Shown: in pieces, positions 1 through 8,840 of the stretch
How positions within the stretch are numbered: position 1 is the first letter of the stretch
Layout of the letters: each line of letters opens with the position of its first letter
Source: Candidatus Thorarchaeota archaeon
GTDB taxonomy: Archaea; Asgardarchaeota; Heimdallarchaeia; Hodarchaeales; Hodarchaeaceae
DNA length: 32,000 nucleotides
Assembly (NCBI GenBank): GCA_048882505.1
Contig: JBHLRO010000009.1
Span: 60,001 to 92,000 of the forward strand
Direction: 5' to 3'
Position numbers and translations under genes: made by a program
Notes under the pieces: generated by a model
Databases searched by the model: none
What the model saw: the letters and a program-made list of their open reading frames with translations, nothing else
What the model was told of the DNA's origin: nothing

Positions 1-57
1 GGCCGAAAGCGATCAATTGCTGGCTAATTTTTAAACCTGATTTCGGGATAGGTCTCG

Positions 58-930
58 ATGCATGAGCTGCTTTCCCATGCAAGTGGGGACATTCTCGAAT
101 TTCGTTGGGCAAGTGATCTTGAGATCTTTCGATTTCCATACTGGGCTCCATGTTACTTGATTGATGGCCTACTCATTGATACAGGAGCCCCAGGTGGAGA
201 CGAGGAATACTCCAGATTTTTTCGCAATCATGAAATCACTCAGTGTGTATTAACACATTCACACGAAGATCATGCAGGTAATGTTCACATCCTAAATAAG
301 CTAGAAGTTCCAGTTTATGCTCATAAGGATGCCGTACCTTTATTGACCGAAGGTTTTACTTACCCAGAGTATCGAGCCCTGGCATGGGGATCAGAGGTTC
401 GTCCGGGCAAAGTTAAAGCGATTCCCAAGGAGGCGATTAAAACTCAAGAAAAAGGATATTCTTTTTCCGTTATTCCAATGCCAGGGCACGCGCCCGATTT
501 AATTGCCTTTCTCGAGAAAAACCAGCAGTGGGTGTTTGTAGCGGATTCCGTCCTGCCTAAATATAGCCAGATTTTTGATTTCTCAGATCCGCAGTATCCA
601 CGGGGAGCGTGGATTCAAGAAGACATCTCACTGATCTATCGATCAATTTACAACCTTTCAAAAATAACCAGGGGAATGAACCGCCTGCAAATCTTCACTC
701 AATTATGTGGAATTCAGTCTCGCAGTTTTTTGCAAACTAGATTAGAAGAGATTGAAGCTATGCACAAAAAAGCACATTATTTACATCATAACGGGTTAAC
801 CGAAGATGAAATTCTGATTCGGTTGTTTAAGAGGGAAAGTTTTGCCGGAATAAACTCAAATGGCCATTTATCTAGAAAAAATCTGGTGAAATCTCTTTTA
901 AAGTGGCCAAAGGAATCCGGTAAAAAATGA
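58..930 (+). CDS. Metallo-beta-lactamase-fold hydrolase
   Basis: LLIDTG, THSHEDH (HxHxDH), PGHAPD and VADS motifs appear in the canonical MBL order. Confidence 0.9.
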   Translation: MHELLSHASGDILEFRWASDLEIFRFPYWAPCYLIDGLLIDTGAPGGDEEYSRFFRNHEITQCVLTHSHEDHAGNVHILNKLEVPVYAHKDAVPLLTEGFTYPEYRALAWGSEVRPGKVKAIPKEAIKTQEKGYSFSVIPMPGHAPDLIAFLEKNQQWVFVADSVLPKYSQIFDFSDPQYPRGAWIQEDISLIYRSIYNLSKITRGMNRLQIFTQLCGIQSRSFLQTRLEEIEAMHKKAHYLHHNGLTEDEILIRLFKRESFAGINSNGHLSRKNLVKSLLKWPKESGKK

Positions 931-993
931 AGTTCTAATACAAAACGTCCGACTGATCAGGACCGAATTCTAGTTTTAACGGAGCTGAAAATT

Positions 994-2439
994 TTGAACC
1001 TATCAGACTGGTGGATAAATCAGATAAAAAACACCTTTAGTATGGGGCACCTACCCGCGATTCAAGATTATTTACGAACCCCATCAATCTCAGCTACTGG
1101 TGAGGGGATCCGTGAGACTGCTGAAAAAACAGCACAAGCGATACAGCAGCTCGGAGCAGAGGATGTGCAAATCGTACCTACGGAGGGATGGCCCATTGTT
1201 TATGGAGAATTAATTTCAGATCATGAAAAACCAACTGTAATCTTCTACAGCATGTATGATGTTCAGCCCGTAGAGGCTGAAAAATGGCAAGTGCCTCCTT
1301 TTGGCGGAAATATTGTAGAGGATTTCGAGGGAATGGGACGCGCCCTTGTGAGTCGAGGGGTTATAAATACAAAAGGCCCAACAATGGCATTTTTCCAAAC
1401 TTTGAAAACAGTGGTGGATGCGGGCAAGGAACTGCCAGTAAATATTATCTTTGCAATTGAAGGGGAGGAGGAATTGGCCTCTGTTCACTTTCCGTCTTTC
1501 GTTCACGATTTTAAAGAGCAACTCGCGAAAGCTGATTTGGTTTATTTTCCCATTTTTAGCGAAACCATGGACGGGAGGATATTAATTTCACTGGGGGTTC
1601 GTGGAATTATCTATTTTAAAATCTGGGTTCAAGGGGGACCTTGGGGTGGACCTCAGTCTCGTAACATTCATTCATCTTTAAGTAGTTGGGTGGACTCCCC
1701 AACATGGAAACTGATTCATCTGATTTCAAAAATGCGGGCGCCTGATGGGAAGATACTAGTCCCAGGCATATATGATAATGTAAGGCCAGTATCAGAGGAA
1801 GACCGCAAAATGATCAAGGAAAGTGCGCCAAAACTCGATATTAACATCGTAAAAAAGTCTATTGACGTACATACCCTACTCACATCTGAAGCAACGGATA
1901 AGGAACTCTCAGCAGAGGAGTTAGCACTGAGATTTCTCGCACCGTGCTTAACAGTTGACGGAATCATTTCAGGAAATTCTGAAGAAAAAGGGACTAAAAC
2001 TGTTCTTCCGTACAAAGCATTTGCTAATATGGATATCCGACTGGTTCCTGACATGGAAGTGAATGATATTAGGAATAAAATCACTAGGTTTATCCGAGAA
2101 ACCTGTCCTGAAGCTCAAATCGATATGGAAGCTGGATATATGTGGGCAAAGATGTCCCCCTCCCACCCATATGTAAAGGGCCAATTGGATTTATTACGAG
2201 AAACAGGAAAGCCATTAATCGTTTCTCCGATTGCTGGCGGCTCGGCCCCGTTTTATATCTTTCAAGAGAAATTTGATCTTCCGATACTCTGGGGAGGATT
2301 GGGACATGGCACTCGAGCCCATTCACCCAATGAATATGCATTTCTAGAAAGTAAGACGGGAGCAGGGGGCATTATGGAATTTGAGATGTCAGTAGCACGC
2401 TTACTATCCAAAATCGGAGAAATCGGGAAATTGAGGTAG
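994..2439 (+). CDS. M20/M25/M40 family metallopeptidase/amidohydrolase (dipeptidase-like subfamily, variant metal ligands)
   Basis: YSMYDVQP, RGVINTKGP, EGEEE, SLGVRG, HSS, DIRLVP and HSPNE motifs. TTG start. Confidence 0.88.
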   Translation: MNLSDWWINQIKNTFSMGHLPAIQDYLRTPSISATGEGIRETAEKTAQAIQQLGAEDVQIVPTEGWPIVYGELISDHEKPTVIFYSMYDVQPVEAEKWQVPPFGGNIVEDFEGMGRALVSRGVINTKGPTMAFFQTLKTVVDAGKELPVNIIFAIEGEEELASVHFPSFVHDFKEQLAKADLVYFPIFSETMDGRILISLGVRGIIYFKIWVQGGPWGGPQSRNIHSSLSSWVDSPTWKLIHLISKMRAPDGKILVPGIYDNVRPVSEEDRKMIKESAPKLDINIVKKSIDVHTLLTSEATDKELSAEELALRFLAPCLTVDGIISGNSEEKGTKTVLPYKAFANMDIRLVPDMEVNDIRNKITRFIRETCPEAQIDMEAGYMWAKMSPSHPYVKGQLDLLRETGKPLIVSPIAGGSAPFYIFQEKFDLPILWGGLGHGTRAHSPNEYAFLESKTGAGGIMEFEMSVARLLSKIGEIGKLR

Positions 2440-2623
2440 GTTCAATCGCTTAGCTTCCAGCTCAGCATCATGAATGGAAACAGTTGATCTGATTAAGTAT
2501 TTTAAACCGCGTTTGATGTAGGGAAGCTAAACTCTCTGTATATTTAAAGAATTGGAAAAGGGGTCTTGGATCGCAGTATGGAACCTCTAAAGACCTCTTT
2601 TCAAATATTGCTAAGGTGATTTT

Positions 2624-3358
2624 GTGGTTGTCCGGGAGTTTTTGATCGTTCACGAGTATGGAACAGTGATCTACCACCAACGCTATTCAAAGTCATCACA
2701 GGATATTGTGCTACGTTCTGGGTTGATTAGTGCCCTTTATAACTTTGCCCAAGAGGTCGAACGGGACTCGATTGACGTTCTGCGAATGGAAAAAGTCTCC
2801 CTACTGTTTAAAAAAAGAGATCTCTTGATTTTCGTATTGTTCTTCGATTCGACGGTGAATCCGGAATGGTGTAAAAGGGAAATCGATATACTTGCCAACA
2901 ATTTTTACCTAGCGTTCCCTGATGTCCTTTGGAGTACTGAAATCGTAAATCTAACAAGATTTAAGTCCTTTGACATGGATTCCGATCGAATTCTCACAGC
3001 ATTAAACAGAAAGCTGGAATTAATCCTTTATTTGATCGAAGAAGGGATTATCACAGAAGAGGAGTATCAGGAATCGAATTTCCAAACTCTGGGGCAAATT
3101 GTGGGTAAACGTCTTTTGGATAGATTCCATAACCAGTTTTCTTATGTACTGGGACAAGGAAGCGAATTCACGTTTTCCCAGATCGATCTTCTTCTTGATC
3201 TCCTTAATGCGACACATATACAACGGCACGGATCAAAATATACGTTCGATTGCGCCCACTGCTTCCTGTGTGAAGACAAACAGGACTGTTTTTTCAGTGG
3301 CGTAATGACTCAAATACGAGCAATCCTTAATCTTGACCTAGAAACATTGTTTTTGTAG
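2624..3358 (+). CDS. N-terminal longin-like domain fused to a C-terminal V4R/Bet3(TRAPP)-like domain
   Basis: N-terminal pattern FLIVHEYGTVIY...LRSGLISALYNFAQEV...IDVLRM is typical of Asgard longin-like domains. The C-terminal part has FQTLGQIVGKRLLDRF and CAHCFLC-x5-CFFSG, resembling V4R. GTG start. Confidence 0.65.
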   Translation: MVVREFLIVHEYGTVIYHQRYSKSSQDIVLRSGLISALYNFAQEVERDSIDVLRMEKVSLLFKKRDLLIFVLFFDSTVNPEWCKREIDILANNFYLAFPDVLWSTEIVNLTRFKSFDMDSDRILTALNRKLELILYLIEEGIITEEEYQESNFQTLGQIVGKRLLDRFHNQFSYVLGQGSEFTFSQIDLLLDLLNATHIQRHGSKYTFDCAHCFLCEDKQDCFFSGVMTQIRAILNLDLETLFL

Positions 3359-3554
3359 CAGAAACTCCATTGGATTATGCACACAAATAATGAAAGACCA
3401 TATCGCGTTTGTTATTGCAACATGTTTTTAAAGGTTGGTAGATCAACCTAATCAATTTAAACATTGATCTGGCTCATGATGGTAACTAGGAAGATTAATC
3501 CACGAATCATCTGTCTAGATCAGTGTTTAGTCTCTATACAAGCAAAGATAAGAT

Positions 3555-3818
3555 GTGAGAGAATTGAGCGACCAACCCCCAAGCGATGATGAGTTATCAG
3601 CCGGCAAGGTGGGCTTAACTCATGTTGAAACTAAAACTGGAACTTCTACACGAAGATTAGTACTTTCTTGTGTTCAATGTGGAACAACGCAAGACTTTCC
3701 TATATGCCCCGAATGTGGGGAGCCGATGGATCTTGAAAACGGGAATTTCACCCATCATGGTAACGAGGTTCCCATTTCTGAACACCACGGACAACCTATG
3801 AAACCAAAAATCGTGTAA
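3555..3818 (+). CDS. Small Cys/His-rich putative metal-binding (Zn-ribbon-like) protein
   Basis: CVQC, CPECGEPM, THHG and EHHGQPM motifs within 87 aa. The GTG start is uncertain. Confidence 0.7.
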   Translation: MRELSDQPPSDDELSAGKVGLTHVETKTGTSTRRLVLSCVQCGTTQDFPICPECGEPMDLENGNFTHHGNEVPISEHHGQPMKPKIV

Positions 3819-3945
3819 TTTTGGCTCATTTGTAGCAAGAGTGAAATAACGTCTATCCTATCAACACTTTTTTTCCCCTCGGGAAAAATTCCCTCCATGT
3901 TCCTTATTTTTCCCCTTAACAGTATATGGTACTTTGAAACTTTAA

Positions 3946-4515
3946 ATGGTAAGGATTATGAGAAGTCATAACTATGAAGGCCCGCGCTATAAGATTATCG
4001 TTGTTGGGGACGGTGGAGTGGGAAAAACAGCCATTCTTGAGCGCTTACTTGGCAGGGCGTTTCATAGTACCTACAAACTGACGATTGGAGCCAATATTCT
4101 TACAAAACAGCTTATCTTTGATGGAACTACTTTCAAACTTCAGATTTGGGATCTTGCTGGACAGACTAGATTCACGATCGTGCGATCTACCTATTATTCT
4201 GGAGCTCATGCAGCGATACTCTGCTTTGACAAGAATTGGCCTCCTTCATTCGAAAGCTTGCCAACATGGAAGAACGAAGTGGAATCGCATCTAGGGAGAA
4301 AGATTCCTCTTCTTCTAATTGGAAACAAAAATGATCTTCCTTCTCAAATTACTCAAGATAAGATTGACGAGTACATAACGTCAGTTAATGCAAATCATCC
4401 GTGTACGATGCCATATCTCTCAACCTCTGCAAAAACTGGAAGCAACATGAGCCAAGTCCTCAAAACACTCGCTCAGCTTCTCACTAGCTACAAAACGGAT
4501 GTAGGCTCAAGATAA
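3946..4515 (+). CDS. Rab-like small GTPase
   Basis: G1 GDGGVGKT, G2 YKLTIG, G3 WDLAGQ, Rab-like RF...YYSGA, G4 NKND, G5 SAK. No C-terminal prenylation Cys. Confidence 0.95.
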   Translation: MVRIMRSHNYEGPRYKIIVVGDGGVGKTAILERLLGRAFHSTYKLTIGANILTKQLIFDGTTFKLQIWDLAGQTRFTIVRSTYYSGAHAAILCFDKNWPPSFESLPTWKNEVESHLGRKIPLLLIGNKNDLPSQITQDKIDEYITSVNANHPCTMPYLSTSAKTGSNMSQVLKTLAQLLTSYKTDVGSR

Positions 4516-4558
4516 CTTTAGTTTACCTTTGGTGAATGTAAACCTTTTTGAACGGCTA

Positions 4559-4575
4559 TTTTGTTGTTTTTTTTT
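4559..4575 (+). terminator. Possible archaeal oligo-T terminator after the Rab-like gene
   Basis: TTTTGTTGTTTTTTTTT (T9 at 4567-4575), about 45 nt after the stop codon. Confidence 0.35.
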
Positions 4576-4604
4576 GCAGTTAAGGATGCAGCTGTGGTTC
4601 AGAT

Positions 4605-5099
4605 ATGGGTAAGCTCGATAAGCTAAAAGATCGTATTCTAGCGGAATTTCCAGGCAAGATGGAGAAGGAAAATGTTCTCATTATGAGCTTCATTATGAAG
4701 GAAGTTGAACATGGAAAACAACCTCCAATAAAGGGGGATATAGAAAGCGCAATCAAAGAACTAATTTCTGACGGAATCTTTGAAAAGAAAGATGGACTGT
4801 TAATCCTAAGAAAAGAAGCTTTACAAGCGGAACAGGACGAGCTTGCACAGAAAGAGTCCAAAGAAGAATTTACGGTTTTTAATCCAATGAGCTACCCCCC
4901 AGATCAAGCACAAGTCCTCCTGGCTTTTGGCCAGGCGAAATACGAGAATCGGTCGGCTCTCATTATGGGAATCACGATGAAAGAACTCCAAAATGGAAAC
5001 AAACCTCCAAAAAGGGTTGAAATCGAGCAATCGATCAAAGCTTTGGTTAAGAGCGGGGCATTAGAATCCAAGGGGGAGATGCTAATTAGAAAAATCTAG
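4605..5099 (+). CDS. Hypothetical protein made of two ~60-aa repeats, each winged-helix-like
   Basis: Internal duplication LIM..MKE...G..PP....IE..IK.L...G..E.K...L separated by an acidic linker. The wHTH fold is inferred. Confidence 0.7.
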   Translation: MGKLDKLKDRILAEFPGKMEKENVLIMSFIMKEVEHGKQPPIKGDIESAIKELISDGIFEKKDGLLILRKEALQAEQDELAQKESKEEFTVFNPMSYPPDQAQVLLAFGQAKYENRSALIMGITMKELQNGNKPPKRVEIEQSIKALVKSGALESKGEMLIRKI

Positions 5100-5107
5100 T
5101 ACCTGAT

Positions 5108-6238
5108 TCATTCTGGCAAAATGAGAGGGGATGGACTCATCCTCGGATCCCTTCGGAGGAGAGCAATCCGGAACCCTAGAAAACTGGACTGACTATAACC
5201 AATGGGAGAGGGAATAGTAGAAGGAAGTTTTCGGAGCGTGGCGGCCAAAATTTCGGCACCAACGAGACGAGCACCGTATGCATCAGCGTATATTTCGTCC
5301 AAAAACCGTTTGTAACTCATATAAAAGGATAAACACCCCGATGCTGAGAAGCTGAATAGAGAAATCGATGCAAGTACTAGAAGAGATAGAGGGTCGTGTA
5401 AAAGAGTTTCATTGCGTATAGCGGCCATCGTATAAAGATTAACTCCATATATCACACAATAATAGCGAAACGTACGCAAAACGGTATCAAGAGAACCAAA
5501 AACGTAGTTTTTTCGTATGTGATGGTTCGCTAGATGCCCTTCCTCGTGACTCAATACAGCGATTAGTTCTTCGTCATCAAGTTTCCATTGGAAATAGCGG
5601 GACACCAAACAAATTCGTTTACGCCCCAGACTGGTCACCCCCGCAGAAAGGAAAAGCGATGCGGGCTGTATATCAGCAAATCGAAAATCGCTGAACAAAT
5701 GACTCTTCGGATGCTTCTGGACAATATGATCGATTATTTCAGGTTTAAGAGGTTCTCTAGCAGTTCGGAGGAGTTCTCCTTTGGATCGCATCGCGCGGAA
5801 GACAAGTAAACCTTGAATGATAAACGAAAAAAGAAGTCCAATTCCAAAATATACCCACAGTGGTGTCGATTCGTGAAGTAAAGGGTTTAAGACAAGACTG
5901 TATCCAACTCCAATGATGATCACCGAGTAAACCTGTTGGATTAAATACAGGAAAATATCCTGGATCGTAGGTTGGAAATGAAAATATGATGCGGATAGAG
6001 CAGCCTTTTTTAAGGTTCTAAAAGCCTGAAGATAAAACGTTAGCATAGATAAGAAAAGCAGCCCAGAAAAGACAATCAATGTCAGCAAAAATGTAGGTTC
6101 AGGGAGAAAAATACCGAATAGTTCGACTCCACCTACTATAAGAAGGGCGGGGAAAAAGAGATAAGTGATTATATGCACCCAGTCACTTAACGGTAAAAAT
6201 ATCCCATCATTTTCACGCGATAGTCTAGTTTGATCCAC
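5108..6238 (-). CDS. Membrane M48-family Zn metalloprotease (HtpX/Ste24-like)
   Basis: Several N-terminal TM segments, HEEGH (HExxH) and a downstream EIYADAYGA third-ligand motif. GTG start. Confidence 0.85.
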   Translation of the reverse strand: MDQTRLSRENDGIFLPLSDWVHIITYLFFPALLIVGGVELFGIFLPEPTFLLTLIVFSGLLFLSMLTFYLQAFRTLKKAALSASYFHFQPTIQDIFLYLIQQVYSVIIIGVGYSLVLNPLLHESTPLWVYFGIGLLFSFIIQGLLVFRAMRSKGELLRTAREPLKPEIIDHIVQKHPKSHLFSDFRFADIQPASLFLSAGVTSLGRKRICLVSRYFQWKLDDEELIAVLSHEEGHLANHHIRKNYVFGSLDTVLRTFRYYCVIYGVNLYTMAAIRNETLLHDPLSLLVLASISLFSFSASGCLSFYMSYKRFLDEIYADAYGARLVGAEILAATLRKLPSTIPSPIGYSQSSFLGFRIALLRRDPRMSPSPLILPE

Positions 6239-6556
6239 CAGGTATCACCCGTGTCTGATTTACTCGGTAATAATTTGCCATATATTTTCTTGGATTTTGA
6301 TTTCGGCTCAAAATGTTAATAACACCGAGATCCAAGTCACATTGGAAAGATATTGCCAAATCTTTTTGGAATCGCGTATTGAGTGGATAAATTCTAGTTT
6401 GTAATCGCCAGATTCTCCTTTTGCAACCCTAGTCATACGTTTTGGGCCGCTTGGATTTAGTTGTCGATTCCTTTTTGGAATATGATAAATAGGATTAGCT
6501 TGTGCTAGAGTCAGACTTCTGAAACTGCAACAGGACTCGATAGAGGCCATCTCAAA

Positions 6557-7612
6557 GTGACTAAATTGTCTGCTGCTGACCAAATCCGCAAAAAACAGCG
6601 TATAAAGGAGTTATTAGCAGATATAGTTACTAATCTAAAGGAATATTTCGATGAACTACAGATAAAGAAATTTGGGGCAATCTCGAGGTACGTGGTTTTA
6701 AATCGTGTTGATTCAATCGAAATGATAGGATCAAAAGGACTCAAGCTTGTGAAAGCAGAGTTTAATACCGATCTAGGATCGTTGAATCTTGCTATTGCCA
6801 TCAAGAACTTTCAAACGTATGAGGAAGCTCTGAATAACAAGATATTGACCGAACGATTGGTTGAACGACTGCGGCATACAGGTATCTTGACTCCAAGAGT
6901 GATTTTCGAGCATGAAACAACACTGGTGTACGAAGGGATTCAAGGTAAGTCATTTCACGATTCCTCCTTAGATGACAAGCTAAAGTTGACGCTTGCCGGC
7001 GATGCGATTGCCAGGTTCCATACGCCCGAACTCCGTCCGGTAGATCCGGAAAGGTACGTTTATTTAACAAAAATGGTTCTCAAAGAACTCAAAATCCCCA
7101 CAGATATGAAGAATAGATTGGTTGAGAAGGGGGGAGCTCTTCTTGAAAAAATCTTACGTTATACATCAGGAACTGCTGCTTTTGGCGATTTTCATCCTGG
7201 GAATCTCTTATTCTCAGAAGAACGAGAACAATATGTGCAACCATGGTTGATTGATCCCGAATATGCCGAAGCTACCCGTGCCGCTGACAGGTTTGAGGAT
7301 ATTGGGACCTTTTTTGTAAAAACTGCCATTGATTACTTTCTGGAGGACAATAACCTCCAGAGATTTCGCGATAATAAAGTAATCCCTTTCATCCAAGGTT
7401 ATGATCATTTTCTGAATCATTATGGCCTTTCTATGTACGAAATTTATAAGGGAAACCAAGAGGAAGCATTGAGTTTTCATCTTGGGCTAAGTACACTTCT
7501 GGAAGCCCTATTCATTCAAAGACGGGTCGATTTAGATAATGAGATCGCTCTAAAAAGGTACACAGGATGTATTGAAACTTCCCTCCATATCTGGGACTCT
7601 GGATTGAATTAA
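6557..7612 (+). CDS. Aminoglycoside phosphotransferase/choline kinase-like (protein kinase-like fold) enzyme
   Basis: AIAIK (ATP-binding Lys), LVYEGIQG hinge, GDFHPGNLLF catalytic loop and LIDPE metal-binding motif. Confidence 0.8.
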   Translation: MTKLSAADQIRKKQRIKELLADIVTNLKEYFDELQIKKFGAISRYVVLNRVDSIEMIGSKGLKLVKAEFNTDLGSLNLAIAIKNFQTYEEALNNKILTERLVERLRHTGILTPRVIFEHETTLVYEGIQGKSFHDSSLDDKLKLTLAGDAIARFHTPELRPVDPERYVYLTKMVLKELKIPTDMKNRLVEKGGALLEKILRYTSGTAAFGDFHPGNLLFSEEREQYVQPWLIDPEYAEATRAADRFEDIGTFFVKTAIDYFLEDNNLQRFRDNKVIPFIQGYDHFLNHYGLSMYEIYKGNQEEALSFHLGLSTLLEALFIQRRVDLDNEIALKRYTGCIETSLHIWDSGLN

Positions 7613-7613
7613 T

Positions 7614-8549
7614 TCAACCTTCCTGCTTCAGAGTATACAAATTATAACACGAAACAGGTTTGGGATCGTACTTTTTAAGAATCTGATCGATTACTGAGTT
7701 TTTTTCTCCATAAACACGGATAGGGAGATCGGTCCATCCAATAGCAGCACACTCTTTGGCAATGGCAATCACCAGCGGTTCCCATGCATTTTCATAACCT
7801 GGTCGCGTTGCTGTAAATCGCAGCATTATGTATTCTTCATCTGTTGCATCATCCTTCCATCTAAGAGGAGCGCTTGAACAAATAATCTGGCCTTCCTTGT
7901 CAAATACCAATACGCAGTGGCCGTCTTTGAGAACTTTCTTAGAAAAATAGTCTTTCAACCAGATTCGAGAGAAATGCCGTTTCATCTCTTTATCTTTTGA
8001 TCCAAGTTCAACCAATAAATCGGCATCATCTGGGGTGGCGATTCGAACGGGATACCCAAATCCTTCAAATGGATGATTACTAAGCAAATTAACATCGAAA
8101 TCATAACAAAAACCCTCGATGGTTAATTCAAATCCTTTGTGTTGAAAGAACTGTCTTTGTTTCTCCCAGTCATCCAGAATCCAATAGCTGATTTGTTTAG
8201 GTTCTTTTTTCTTTACATAGGTTAACATTTCATCGAAAAGAACATCCTGAACCTTTTCAGGACATTCAGGATATGCCCAAGGATAGCCAATTAGAACGTT
8301 CTTGTCTTTACTCACACGGGCCTGAATATACGCAAGGGGCTTTCCTTCATCGGAGAAGGCGTAGCGTACAAACCTTGGATTTGTTTTTTCTTGGCGATAA
8401 CGATCCTTAACTTCCTCCGCGGTGGTTTTAAAACCCGTATTGTAATTAAAAATCTGAGCTTGGATCTCTTCTAAACCTTCACTTGGTTTATAGAATTTGT
8501 AGATGATCTTCATGGTATGCCCCGATTGATAAACCGTATAACCATACAT
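7614..8549 (-). CDS. Putative tandem GNAT-fold acetyltransferase
   Basis: Long ORF with two GNAT-like halves (GKPLAYIQA...FFQHKGFE; VRIATPDDADLLVEL...GQIICSS). No specific family recognised. Confidence 0.55.
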   Translation of the reverse strand: MYGYTVYQSGHTMKIIYKFYKPSEGLEEIQAQIFNYNTGFKTTAEEVKDRYRQEKTNPRFVRYAFSDEGKPLAYIQARVSKDKNVLIGYPWAYPECPEKVQDVLFDEMLTYVKKKEPKQISYWILDDWEKQRQFFQHKGFELTIEGFCYDFDVNLLSNHPFEGFGYPVRIATPDDADLLVELGSKDKEMKRHFSRIWLKDYFSKKVLKDGHCVLVFDKEGQIICSSAPLRWKDDATDEEYIMLRFTATRPGYENAWEPLVIAIAKECAAIGWTDLPIRVYGEKNSVIDQILKKYDPKPVSCYNLYTLKQEG

Positions 8550-8710
8550 GAAAGGGTCAGGGTTGGTTTATAATTCTTTTTTTGTTGAGGCAAGCAATTC
8601 CTCTATTGCAGAAATATAGGTGGAATTTGGAAAACCTTAAACGTCCAAGGTGAACTAGTAGGATTAAATCCAAGCCACCGACCAAGGCCAACTCCAAGAA
8701 GGGCCATTTT

Positions 8711-8725
8711 AAGGAGGATTCCTCC
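8711..8725 (+). promoter_or_regulatory. Shine-Dalgarno AAGGAGG inside a GGAGG-ATT-CCTCC hairpin, 9 nt before an in-frame ATA at 8727
   Basis: Sequence aaggaggattcctcccata at 8711-8729. Confidence 0.4.
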
Positions 8726-8840
8726 CATAACTGAAGCCATATCGTCTCAAAGGGATTATCAGTCAAGAATCAAAGAAAATCGTATAAATCTCTTACATAT
8801 AGACGATGATCTTTCTTTCCTGGAATTAACACGTGCCTTT

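Noticed and set aside
3870-3893. TTTTTCCC-CTC-GGGAAAAA hairpin with an alternative GGGAA-AAA-TTCCC pairing upstream of the Rab
   Set aside because: Short, low-complexity stems with 3-nt loops. Better explained as the T-tract terminator region of 3555-3818; no evidence for a switch.
8557-8766. 69-aa minus-strand ORF between the GNAT and the kinase
   Set aside because: It overlaps the divergent promoter region and the upstream in-frame extension of the receiver domain, and has no recognisable features.
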